DNA from: Squalus acanthias
Taxonomy: Eukaryota
DNA length: 64,000 nucleotides
Assembly: GCA_030390025.1 (NCBI GenBank)
Contig: JASTWF010000034.1
Coordinates: 1,054,001 to 1,118,000, forward strand
Direction of reading: 5' to 3'
Position numbers and translations under genes: made by a program. The notes under the pieces are model-generated. The model did not search any database. It was not told where the DNA came from and was given only the letters and a program-made list of their open reading frames with translations. Below are positions 24,990-35,886 of this stretch, piece after piece (position 1 is the stretch's first letter; each line of letters starts with the position of its first letter).

Positions 24990-26340
24990 TGGCAAACGCG
25001 ACCAGAGGGAGTAGGGCCATCATGAGACCTTACCCTCCCAGTGTATTCAGGGAGCATTCTCCTCCTATATCCATTTGTCTGAGGAGCAGAGTGTCCAATG
25101 GCCGCACTTCAGCAAGGAGGTGGTCACTGAGCTCTGCCGCCTCCTGCAACCAGATCTGCAGCCTCAGCTCAGGACCAGGACGTCTCTGTCGATGGCAGTG
25201 AGGGTGACAGTGGCTCTGAATTTCTAAGTCAGCGGTTCCTTTCAGGCTTCTACTGGGGACATAGTGAATATCTCCCAGTTCGCTGTTCATTGTTGCCTCT
25301 GAGAGGTGTCAAAGGCTTTGTAGAAGAGGAGACGCCAGCACATCTCTTCACATGACCCAGGACAAACAGCACGAACGTGCATGTGGCTTTGCATGGATAG
25401 CGGGCTTCCCCATGGTTCAGAGCGCCTTTGACTGCATGCATCTGTCATTTTGGGCACCTCATGTAAATTCAGAGGTCTTGGGCAACACGGTGGCATAGTG
25501 GTTAGAACTGGTGTCTCACAGCGCCAGAGACCCGGGTTCGAATCTGACCTCGGGTGACTGTCTGTGTGGAGTTTGCACATTCTCCCCGTGTCTGCGTGGG
25601 TTTCCTCCGGGTGCTCCGGTTTCCTCCCACATCCAAAAATGTGTGGGTTAGGTTGATTTGGCTATGATAAATTGACCCTTAGTGTTAGGGGGGGATTAAA
25701 TATGTGGGGTTATGGGGATAGGATGGGATATGTTAGGGGGAATTAAATACGTGGGGTTACGGGGGTCGGGTGGGATATGTGTACTGTGGGGATTAAAGCA
25801 GGGACAGGGTACTGGATTTGGATGATCAGCCATGATCGTATTGAATGGTGGAGCAGGCTCGACGGGCCGAATGGCCTACTCCTGCTCCTAGATTCTATGT
25901 TTCTATGTTTCTATGTTTCAGAAACCACAAGGTCATCCACTCTCTGAATGTCCAGTTGGTCTGTGACCACAGACAGCTCATCCTCGCCGTCAATGCCCTC
26001 TAACCTGGCAGCAGCGACAACAACTTTATCCTGCGCCAGACCTCTTCCTACCATCGTGTCAACCTAGTGGATGGCTCCTCGGGGGCAAGGGTTATCCACT
26101 CAGGACCTGGCTGATGACACCGCTGCATAACCCCAACACCCCTGCCGAGTGGCAATACAATGAGAGCCATAGCGCCACCAGGAACCTCATAGAGCACACG
26201 ACCGGTGTCTTGAAACAACGGTTCAAGTGTCTGGACCCCTCAGGAGGAGCCCTGCAGCAATCTCCCGAGCGAGTTTCCTCTTCATTGTTGAGTGCTGCAT
26301 GCTTCATAACATTTCAATCATGAGGACCCAGCCATTGCCA
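24990..26340 (+). pseudogene. Harbinger (HARBI1-like) DDE transposase, with stops, frameshifts and a SINE insertion
   Basis: [83 protein letters not shown]. Confidence 0.9.
25480..25918 (+). mobile_element. V-SINE (HE1-type): tRNA head, V domain, HER1 LINE tail
   Basis: GGTGGCATAGTGG and GGTTCGAATC boxes; V core GTGTGGAGTTTGCACATTCTCCCCGTGTCTGCGTGGGTTTCCTCCGGG; tail matches the local CR1 3' UTR plus (TTTCTATG)n. Confidence 0.93.
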
Positions 26341-26523
26341 CCAGATTTGGTGCATCACCTGAGGAGAAGGAGGAAGAGGGCGAGGAGGAGGAGGAGGAGA
26401 ATCAGCAGCACCAACGTGGGAGGGAGGCGCACAATGTTGCCACTACAAGGGCAGTCCGTGACTGGCTCATTAGACACTGATTCTAACCCTTTACTGAGAA
26501 GATGGCTTCTGGGATGAAGAAGC

Positions 26524-27312
26524 ACATAGAAACATAGAAACATAGAAGATAGGAGCAGGAATAGGCCATTCGGCCCCTCGAGCCTGCTCCGCCATTCAAT
26601 GCGATCATGGCTGATCATCCAAATTGAGTACCTTGTCCCTGCTTTCTCCCCATATCCCTTGATCCCCTTAGTCTTATGAAATACATCTATCTCCTTCTTG
26701 AATATATTTAATGAATTGGACTCAACTGTGGTAGAGAATTCCACAGGTTCACCACTCTCTGGGTGAAGAAATTCCTCCTCAACTCAATCCTAAATGGCTC
26801 ACCCCTAATCCTTAGACTGTAACCCCTGGTTCTGGACTCGCCCACCATCGGGAACATCCATCCTGCACCTAGTCTGTCTAGTCCTGTTAGAATTTTATAA
26901 GTTTCAATGAGATCCCCTCTCATTCTTCTAAACTCTAGCGAATACAAGCCCAATCGACCCAATCTCTCTTCATACGTCATTCCTGCCATCCCAGGTATCA
27001 GTCTGGTGAATCTTCGCTGCACTCTCTCCATGGAAAGAACATCCTTCCTCAGATAAGGCGACCAAAACTGCACACAGTACTCAGGATATGGTCTCACCAA
27101 GGCCCTGTACAACTGCAGCAAGACATCCTTGCCCCTGTACTCGAATTCACTCGCTATGAAGGCCAACATACCATTTACCTTCTTAACCGCCTGCTGTACC
27201 TGCATGTTTACCTTCAGTGACTGGTGGACAAGGACACCCAGGTCTCGTTGCACTTCCCCTTTTCCCAATCTATTGCCGTTCAGATAATAATCTGCCTTAC
27301 TGTTTTTGCCAC
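26524..27312 (-). mobile_element. CR1 3' fragment inside the Harbinger
   Basis: ORF 26708-27268, 3' hairpin and tail. Confidence 0.93.
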
Positions 27313-27441
27313 ATCATTGAAAGCATCCCGCACCCCCGATTGCCGGGCGAAGCTGCAATTAGTCAAATCAGGAAAGATGTAAAGTAACAATAAAAAAAAA
27401 TATTTATATTGCAAACACTGTCATTTATTCAGGACAAGCAA

Positions 27442-29275
27442 TTAGAAGCAAACCCAACAATTCATGAACTTACAAAACTCGTTCTCCTGGGCTGGGTGTG
27501 TTGCAGGCTGGGCCAAGGGCAATGGGGAAATGGCAGTGTTGGGATCAGGAATGCTTTCATCCTGAGAGGGGACAGCACCTTCCTGCTCGACCAACACACT
27601 GCCACTCCATTGGGGCAGAACCTTAGTATCCGGAGCAATCTTCTGGAGCACAGTTTGCTGGAAAGCTGCGGTACTGTGAGATTCCCAGGAGGACTGTGGG
27701 CGACCCACTGAGGATGCCACTGAGTGCTTGCGTGAGATCAATCTGAGACTGCATGAGAGCAGTCTGAGACTGGATGGCACCAGCCAATCAGTTCAATTGC
27801 AGCACTATGTCATTGCATTGCATCGGCCTGTGCTGCAATGGATCCTGCCACGGATCCTGCCACGTCATCCATTACACGTGGCTCTGGTTCCACACGGTCT
27901 CCCTGCAATTCCAACATCCTCTGCGACCAGGCAAGGATGGGATCAAGCGCTTGCACACAGATGACAGCTGTGCTAATGGCGGACTCCTCCACACTCCTTG
28001 CCAGTCCATCCATGCTGTCGGGCACCCGTGCCATTGCACCCATCAGCTCAGTGTGCATGCTGAATGCCTGGGTATACATGGCCGTGATTTCGAGCTCCTC
28101 ATGCGACTCCAGTGCGTAAGAACTCCCGCGCCTAATCACTCACCGGGGAGATGGTTATCGAACTTCCCTACGCCCATGGCATTGCTGCAGAACGCTGGGT
28201 CCAGGAGTTTCGCCTTCATCAGACCCTAACACCCTGCTCCCCTCTCGGGAAGGCGTGGCCCGACTTTCTGAAGTGTCACCCTCGGGAGACGCAGGCAATG
28301 AGGCTCTGGCTTCCTCTTCCTCCTCGCCTGGCACACCGCTGCCACTAGCAGTTCGAGGGACAGGCTGGTGATCTGGTGGTTCACTATCGGAAAGCAGGAA
28401 GGTACAAGGGTGGCTTTAGTGTGAGGGCAGGGGGGCAGCAAGGGAGCAGGGACTGGAGACAGTTAGTTGGATTGAAAGTGTAAAAGGCTGGTGTTGTGAG
28501 GGTGAAGAGGTGTGAGAGAGGAGAGAACGCTGATGAACATACCATTGCTGTCCCAAGGAGGTCGACCTCTCCAGCGGCCACGGCACCTATGACCTGGCTG
28601 GCAACGATCCTGTGCACTCTGTCCTCCAACTCAGTCAGGGGGTGTAGGTCCGCCGGTCCATCTCCCGTGCGTTGCTGCTCCCGTCTGTTATGAGAGAGCT
28701 TGGCCTGCAAGAAAAAGTACAGCGTGAGTGTGAGTGTGCAGGCATGTGACTGGCAGACGTGCCTACCACAGTTGAACAGCCATTATTGTGTGCAGGCATG
28801 TGATTGGCAGATGTGCCTACCATAGATGAATAACCGTTATTGTGTGCAGCCATGTGGTTGGCAGATGTGCCTCCCCTAGTTTAATAGCGGTTAATGTGTC
28901 CAAGGTGTGGGATGTGCATGTGTGTTTTATGCGATGGCCGTAGGTCTTGCATGAGTGTTATGCATTTGGGTTTTTAAACACTCTGGGCACAGATTGAAGT
29001 TAGATGGAGGGATGTAGAGGTTTTGAAAAGCAGGTACTCACCCTGATCGCCCGAGCGAGATTGTTGAACTTCTTCCGCCATTGCGTGTGGGTTCTTGGCA
29101 TCAGGCTCCTCGGGGAGACGTGCTGAGCCACCTCCCTCCTCACCGTTCTCAACTCCCGGGGCAATGGCCTCCTGCCACTCTCAGGGAACAGCACTGCCCA
29201 TCGCCGTTCCACAGCGTCAACCAGAGCCACCAATGCCTCGTCGCAGAAGCGCCCAGCTCTTTCTCTGTGCTACAC
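27442..29275 (-). pseudogene. Harbinger Myb/SANT-like DNA-binding protein, spliced (exons ~29275-29042, 28704-28543, ~28385-27450)
   Basis: RFCDEALVALVDAVERR..LFP..REVA..RTHTQWRKKFNNL|AKLSHNRREQQRTGDG; GTGAGT donor at 29041, CAG acceptor at 28705, GTATGT donor at 28542; no clear ATG. Confidence 0.8.
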
Positions 29276-29368
29276 TTTGCACCCGACCAATATTAGATCC
29301 CCAGAATGGGCGATACCCAATTAGTCCGCCATTGTCTACATAATGAATAGCTGGATAAAGAGGCTTAC

Positions 29369-29529
29369 CAGGAACACCAACAGCAGCCAGGGCGGGGGTT
29401 TGGGGGAGTTAATGGCAAGAACAGTAATGCAGTTAATCATGATTTACAGAATTAATATCTGGATACAGAGTCTTACCGGGAACACAAACAGTAGTGAGAA
29501 TGTTCCAGAATGTTTATACGACAACCCAT
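29369..29529 (-). pseudogene. Two tandem degenerate copies of the GPCR exon 1 (TM1 N-half)
   Basis: PALAAVGVP-G|GTAAG (donor 29368) and ATG..ILTTVCVP-G|GTAAG (donor 29476). Both end in the phase that fits the 22784 acceptor, but neither has an in-frame ATG. Confidence 0.7.
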
Positions 29530-29871
29530 GCGGTAACAAAGAGGTAACAACTTGAAACACAGAATATCCCTAATAACTGAATATCCCGCGGTAAATAACA
29601 ACAATAATATTACAGTGTAACATAGTTTGTAGAATTATTAACAGGACATAGATTCTCATTGGGAGCATAAACAGCAGTGAGGAGGGGAGAGTAAAGCTTT
29701 TGCATATCATAACATCTTCCTAATATCCAAATCATTTAACCCCAATCCATGCCTTCCCTCCAATGAGTGTCTGGTGGTCTTTGTGCTGAGGGCAGCGCGC
29801 TGACTGTGTGAGGTGACACAGTGAAGGGAGCTCCATCTTTAGAGCAGAGGGAAATCACCGAGTGACAAAGA

Positions 29872-30560
29872 AATATAGAAGATAGGAGCAGGAGTAGGCC
29901 ATTCGGCCCCACGAGCCTGCTCCGCCATTTAATGAGATCATGACTAATAATCCAAATTCAGTACCCTGTCCCTGCTTTCTCCCCATATCACTTGATCCCT
30001 TTAGGCTTAAGAAATATATCTAACTCATTCTTGAATATATTTAATGAATTGGCCTCAACTGCCTTGTGTGGTAGAGAATTCCGCAGGTTCACCACTCTCT
30101 TGTTGAAGAAATTCATCCTCATCTCAGTCCTATATGGCTTACCCCTTTTCTTTAGACTGTGACCCTTGGTTCTGGACTCCCCCGGCATCGGAAACATCCT
30201 TCCTGCATCTAGTCTGTCTGGTCCTGTTAAAATTTTATAAGTTACAATGAGATCCCCTCTCATTCTTCTAAACTCCAGCGAATATGAGCCTAATCGACCC
30301 AATCTCTCTTCATACCTTATTCCTGCCATCCCAGGTATCAGCCTGGTGAATCTTCGCTGCACTCCCTCCATGGCAAGAACATCCTTTCTCAGATAAGGCG
30401 ACCAAAACTGCACACAATACTCAAGGTGTGGTCTCACCAAGGCCCTGTACAACTGCAGCAAGTCATCCTTGCTTCTGTACTCGAATCCTCTCGCTATGAA
30501 GGCCAACATACCATTTGTCTTCTTAACCGCCTGCTGCACCTGCATGCTTACCTTCAGTGA
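29872..30560 (-). mobile_element. CR1 3' fragment
   Basis: ORF 29988-30566 plus 3' UTR. Confidence 0.93.
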
Positions 30561-30724
30561 TATCATTAGGCCTCACTGTAACTGGCATTAATTACAGTAA
30601 TTGAACAAACAGACTCATTGAACCATTGTCACCACCACACCTTACTGCAGCATAATCTAGCTCACCTTATTGTACACAGTTTTAAATTAAAAGTGAGGGA
30701 ATACGTAATATTTCACCCGCCCAT

Positions 30725-30880
30725 AAACAGAAGAATATAAGAATTAGGAGCAGCAGTTGGCAATACGGTCTTTCGAGCCCTTCATTGAATGAGATCATGG
30801 CTGATCTTCGACCTCAAATCCACATTCTCCCCACACCCAGCCCATCCTCATACCCCTTGATTCTAGTAGAGTCCAAAAAT
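30725..30880 (-). mobile_element. Short old CR1 3' end
   Basis: Degenerate 3' UTR (GATCATGGCTGATC, CATACCCCTTGATT). Confidence 0.7.
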
Positions 30881-30983
30881 ACCGAAGACAGAACAGAGAA
30901 AAGGGAATTTCTCTTCCTGTATTGATCTAAATCTGAGAACAATATACGAGAAAGTGACAGAAAAAAGGCAGGCATAATGTGTT

Positions 30984-31447
30984 AGCTGTGGCTCAGTGGG
31001 TAGCACACCCGCTTCTGACTCTAGAGGGTTCTGGGTTCAGGTCCCACTGCAGGAACTTATAGCCCATAAATCTAGGTTAACACTCCAGTGCAGTGCTAAG
31101 GGAGTGCTGCACTATCGGAGGTGCCGTCTTTCGGATGAGACGTTAAGCAACGCCCCTTTCTGCGCTCTCAGGTGAACGTAACGATCCCATAACCCTATTT
31201 TGAAGAGGAACAGGGGAGTTATCCCCGGTGTCATGGCCAATGTTTATCCAACAATCAACATAACAGAAACAGATTATCTGGTCATTATCACATTGTTGTT
31301 TGTTGGAGCTTGCTGTGCACTAATTGGCTGCCGTGTTTCCCACAATACAACAGTGACTACCCTTCCAAAATTACTTCATTGTCCGCAAAGTGTTTTGAGA
31401 TGTCCGGTGGTCGTGAAAGGTGCTATATAAATGCAACTATTTTTTCC
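30984..31447 (+). mobile_element. Deu-domain SINE (SacSINE1/AmnSINE1-like), full length
   Basis: tRNA head GTGGCTCAGTGG..GGTTCAGGTCC; Deu core GGAGGTGCCGTCTTTCGGATGAGACGTTAA, CCCGGTGTCATGGCCAA, TTGCTGTGCAC; tail GCTATATAAATGCAA. Confidence 0.88.
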
Positions 31448-33771
31448 TTAAAAGATAGAATCATAGAATGGTTACAACGCAGAAGGAGGTCATTCGGCCC
31501 GTCGAGCCCGTGCCAGCTCTCTGCAAGAACACTTCAGCAAGTCCCACTCCCACGTGCTTGCCCCGAAGCCGGGCATTTTTTTCCTTCAGGTGCTTATCCA
31601 ATTCCCTTTTGAAAGCCACAACTGAATCTGCCTCCTCCACCCTTTGAGGCAGTGCATTCCAGATCCTAACCACTCGCTGCGTAAAAAAGTTTTTTCTTAT
31701 GTCCCCTTTGGATATTCTGCCAATCACCATAAATCTGTGTCCTCTGATTCGTGATCTTTCCACCAATGGGAACAGTTTCTCTCTATCTCCACTGTCCAGA
31801 CACCTCATGATTTTGAACACCTCTATCACTTTGCTCTCAACCTCCTCTGCTCTTAGGATAACAACCCCAGTTTCTCCAGTCTATCCACGTAACTGAAGTC
31901 CCTACTCCCTGGAATCATTCTTGTAAATCCTTTCTGCACCCGCTCTAAGTCATTCAAATCCTTCCTAAAGTGCGGTGCCCAGAATTGGACACAATACTCC
32001 AGTTGAGGCCGAACCAGTGTTTTATATAGGTTCATCATAACTTCCTTGTTTCTATACTCTATGCCTCTATTTATGAAGCCCAGGATCCCGTATGCTTTTT
32101 AACCACCTTTTCAACCTGCCCTGCAACCTTCAACGATTTGTTTCTCTGTTCATGCACCACTTTTAGAATTGTACCCTTTAGTTTATATTGTCCCCCCCCC
32201 CTTTTTCATACCAAATTGTATCATTTCACACTGTTCTGCATTAAATTTCATCTGCCACGTGTCCGGCCATTTCACTGTCCTCTTCAAGTCGATCACTATC
32301 CTCCTCACTGTTCACTATACTTCCAAGTTTTGTATCATCTGCAAATTTTGAAATTGTGCCCTGTACCCCCAAGTCCAAGTCATTAACAAATATCAAAAAA
32401 AGCCATGGTCCTAGTACCGACCCCTGGGGAACACCACTGTGTGCCATCCTCCAGTCCAGAAAACAACCGTTCACCACTACTCTCAGTTTCCTGTCACTTA
32501 ACCAATTTTGTATCCATGCTGCCCCTGTCCCTATTATTCCATGGGCTTCAACTTTGCTGGCAAACCTATTATATGGCACTTTATCAACGTCTTTTTGAAA
32601 TCCATGTCAACCGCATTCCGCTCATCAACCCTCTCAGTTAAATGATCAGAAAACACGTCAAGTTAGTTAGACACGATTGCCTTTGACAAATCCGTGCTGG
32701 ATTTCCTTAATTAATCCACACTTTTTCCAAGTGACTGTTAATTTTGTCCCGGATTATCGTTTCGAAAAGCTTCCCAACCACCAAGGTTAAACTGACTGCT
32801 CTGTATTTTCTGGGTTTATCCTTACACCCGTTTTTGAACAAGGGTGTAACATTTGCAATTCTCCAGTCTTCTGCCAACACACCGTATCTAAGGAGGATTG
32901 GAAGATTATGGGCAGTACCTCCGCAATTTCCCCCCTTCCCTTAGCATCCTTGGATGCATCCCATCCGCTCCTGGTGACGTATCTACTTTAAGTACAGCCA
33001 GCCTTTCCAGTACCTCGTCTTATCAATTTTTAGCCCATCCAGTATCTCAACTACCGCCTCTTTCACCATGACTTTGGCAGCAGTTTCTTCCTTGGTAAAA
33101 ACAGATGCAAATTATTCATTTAGTATCTCAGCCATGCCCTCTGCCTCCATTCGTATGTCTCCTTTTTGGTCCTTAATGAGCCGCACCCCACCTCTTCATA
33201 CCCGTTTACTATTTATATGCCTATAGAAGACTTTTGGATCCAATTTTTTGTTTGCTGCCAATCTATTCTAATGCTCTCGCTTTGCCCCTCTTATTCCCTT
33301 TTACACAGCCTCTCTGAACTTTCTATATTCAGCCTGGTTCTCACTTGTATTCTGAACTTGATATCTGTCATATGCCCACTTTTCCTGCTTCCTCTTACTC
33401 ACTATCTCTTTTGTCATCCAGGGAGCTCTGGCTTTTTTTGCGCTACCCAACCCACTCGTGGAAATGTACCTCAATTGTACCCAAATCATCTCTTCTTTAA
33501 AGGCAGCCCACTGTTCAATGACAGTTTTGCCTGCTAATCTTTGATTTCTTTTACCCAAGCCAGCTCAGTTCTCAACCCACTGAAATTGGCCCTCCTCCAA
33601 TTAAGTATTTTTACTCTAGATTGCTCCTTGTCCTTTTCCATAGCTAATCTAAACATTATGAAACTATAATCACTATTCCCTAAATGTTCCCTTACTGACA
33701 CTTGCTGCACTTAACCTACCTCATTCCCGAGAACCAGATCCAGCAATGCCTCCTTCCTCTTTGGGCCAGAA

Positions 33772-34590
33772 ATGCACCAACCTGGACGACGTTCAGGATT
33801 GGGCTGGTAAGTGGCAGGTAACATTCGCACCACAGAAGTGACAGGCAATTACTATGTCCAACAGGCGAGAGTCTAACCACCTCCCCTTGACAGTCAACAG
33901 AATTACCATCGACGAATCCTCCACCATCAATACCCTGGGAGTCACCATTGGCCAGAAACTTAATTGGACAAGCCACATAAATACTGTGGCAACAAGAGTA
34001 GGTCAGAGGCTAGGAATTCTGCAGCGAGTGTCTCACCTCCTGACTCCGCAAAGCCTTTCCACCATCTACAAGGCACAAGTCAGGAGTGTGATGGAATACT
34101 CTCCACTTACCTGGATGAGTGCAGCTCCAACAAAACTCAAGAAGCTCGACACCATCCAGGACAAAGCATTCCCCTTGATTGGCACACGATTCACCGCGTT
34201 AAACATTCACTCCCTCCTCCACCGGCGTATCGTGGCTGCAGTGTGTACCATCTACAAGATGCACTGCAGCAACTCAACAAGGCTTCTTCGGCAACACCTC
34301 TCAAACCCGCGACCTCTTCCACCTAGAAGGACAAGGGCAGCAGGTGCATGGGAACACCATCACCTCCAAGTTCCCCTCCTGACTGAGAAGTATATCACCG
34401 ATCCTTCATCGTCACTGGGTCAAAATCCAGGAACTCCCTCCCTAACAGCACTGTGGGAGTACCTTCACCACATGGACTGCAGCGGTTGAGGAAGGCGGCG
34501 CACCACCATCTTTTCAAGGGCTGTTCGGGATGGGCAATAAATTGTGGCCTCGCCAGCGACGCCCACATTCCAGAAACGAAAAAAAAGAAA
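33772..34590 (+). mobile_element. 5'-truncated LINE of a distinct CR1-clade family (SINE3-type tail)
   Basis: ORF 33854-34489 (LGVTI..LNWTSHI..IYKAQVRSVMEYSP); AATAAA and an A-rich tail. Confidence 0.88.
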
Positions 34591-35203
34591 GTTCTCTTGA
34601 ACACATTTCAGAAATTCTTCTCCCTCTCTGCCCATTATACTATTACTATCTCAGTCAATATTGGGATAATTGAAGTCTCTCATTATTACTACTCTACATT
34701 TCTTCCACCTCCCTAATTTCCCTGCAGATTTGTTCCTTTATATCCTTCCCACTAGTTGGTGGCCTATAGAATACACCTAGTAGTGGAATGGTACCTCTAT
34801 TGCTTCTTAATTCTAACCAAATAGATTCTGACCTTGTCCCCTCCAAGAAATCCTCTCTCTCCAGCACTGTGATATTCTCCTTAATCAATACTTCCACCCC
34901 ACCTCATTTCTTTCCTTCACTATCTTTCCCGAACATCTTATATCTAGGAATATTTAGTACCCACTCCTGCCCTTTTTAGAACCAGGTCTCTGTTATCGCC
35001 TCAACATCATTTTCCTATGAGGCTATTTGCGCCTGCAGCTCACCCACCTTATTTACTATGCTTCGTGCGTTTACACACATACACTGTAAACGTTTCTTAG
35101 ACCTTACAATAGCAAAATACTGCGGATGCTGGAAATCTGAAATAACAACAGAAAATGCTGGAAACACCAAAAGATCAGGCAGCATCCGTGGAGAGAGAAA
35201 CAG

Positions 35204-35240
35204 AGTTAACGTTTCAGGTCTGTGAACCTTCGTCAGAACT
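35204..35240 (-). ncRNA. Minimal type I hammerhead ribozyme (PLE-associated)
   Basis: AGUU-CUGACGA-AGGU(UCACAG)ACCU-GAAAC-GUU-AACU: stem I, core, stem II, palindromic ACGU stem III. Confidence 0.75.
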
Positions 35241-35755
35241 GGAAAAAGTTAGAAATGTAACAGGTTATAAGCAGGTGTAGGGGCAGGGAAAGGTGGGAGG
35301 GGAGGAAACAACAAAAGAGACGGTCTGTGATAGGTTGGAAGGCAGGAGTTATTAAATGTTGTAAATGGGAATGGCAGAATCATCAACAGCTGCCTCCTGA
35401 ATAAATTGGGGCCGAGGTTATGGTCTGAAATTGTTGAAATCAGTTTTAAGTCCAGAAGGCTGTAAAGTGCCTAATAGAAAGATGAGGTGTTGTTCCTGGA
35501 GCTTACGTTCTAGAGGCCGAGGACAGAGAGGTCAGAGTGGGAGTGGAGCGCTTGTCACTTTAATTCTCCGATCCAACTCCCACTCTGACTGCAGCTCAGG
35601 CGGCAGCTGTTGATGTTTCTGCCATCCCCATTTGTAACATTTAACCACTCCTGCCTTCCACCCTATCACAGACCGTCCCTTTTGTTATTTCCTCCCCTCC
35701 CCCCTTTCCCTGCCCCCACTCCTGCTTACAATCTGTCACATCTCTAACTTTTTCC

Positions 35756-35792
35756 AGTTCTGATGAAGGGTCACAGACCTGAAACGTTAACT
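35756..35792 (+). ncRNA. Minimal type I hammerhead ribozyme (PLE-associated)
   Basis: AGUU-CUGAUGA-AG-GGUC(ACA)GACC-U-GAAAC-GUU-AACU. Confidence 0.75.
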
Positions 35793-35886
35793 CTGTTCCT
35801 TTCTCCACGGATACTGCCTGACCTGCTGAGTGTTTCCAGCATTTTCTGTTTCTATCTTAGACCTTCTTGGATTCTCTGTTAGTCTG

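Larger units (their letters stand above)
24449..29330. mobile_element. Decayed PIF/Harbinger DNA transposon (convergent transposase and Myb/SANT genes)
   Basis: Both diagnostic genes present; ends tentative (GGGGG... / ...CCGCC, candidate ATT TSD at 24446-24448 and 29331-29333). Confidence 0.85.
35106..35854. mobile_element. Inverted-repeat PLE cassette with a GIY-YIG C-terminal remnant and an 11-bp TSD
   Basis: Arms ~35140-35395 and ~35600-35854 are inverted copies; minus strand encodes RKLQEQHLIFLLGTLQPSGL; TCTTAGACCTT at 35095-35105 and 35855-35865. Confidence 0.88.

Noticed and set aside
25480..25555. tRNA gene-like A/B boxes (also at 19471 and 30984)
   Set aside because: These are SINE heads continuous with SINE bodies and tails
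24990..26340. Domesticated host HARBI1 gene
   Set aside because: Multiple stops and frameshifts, a SINE insertion, and a linked Myb gene indicate a dead transposon
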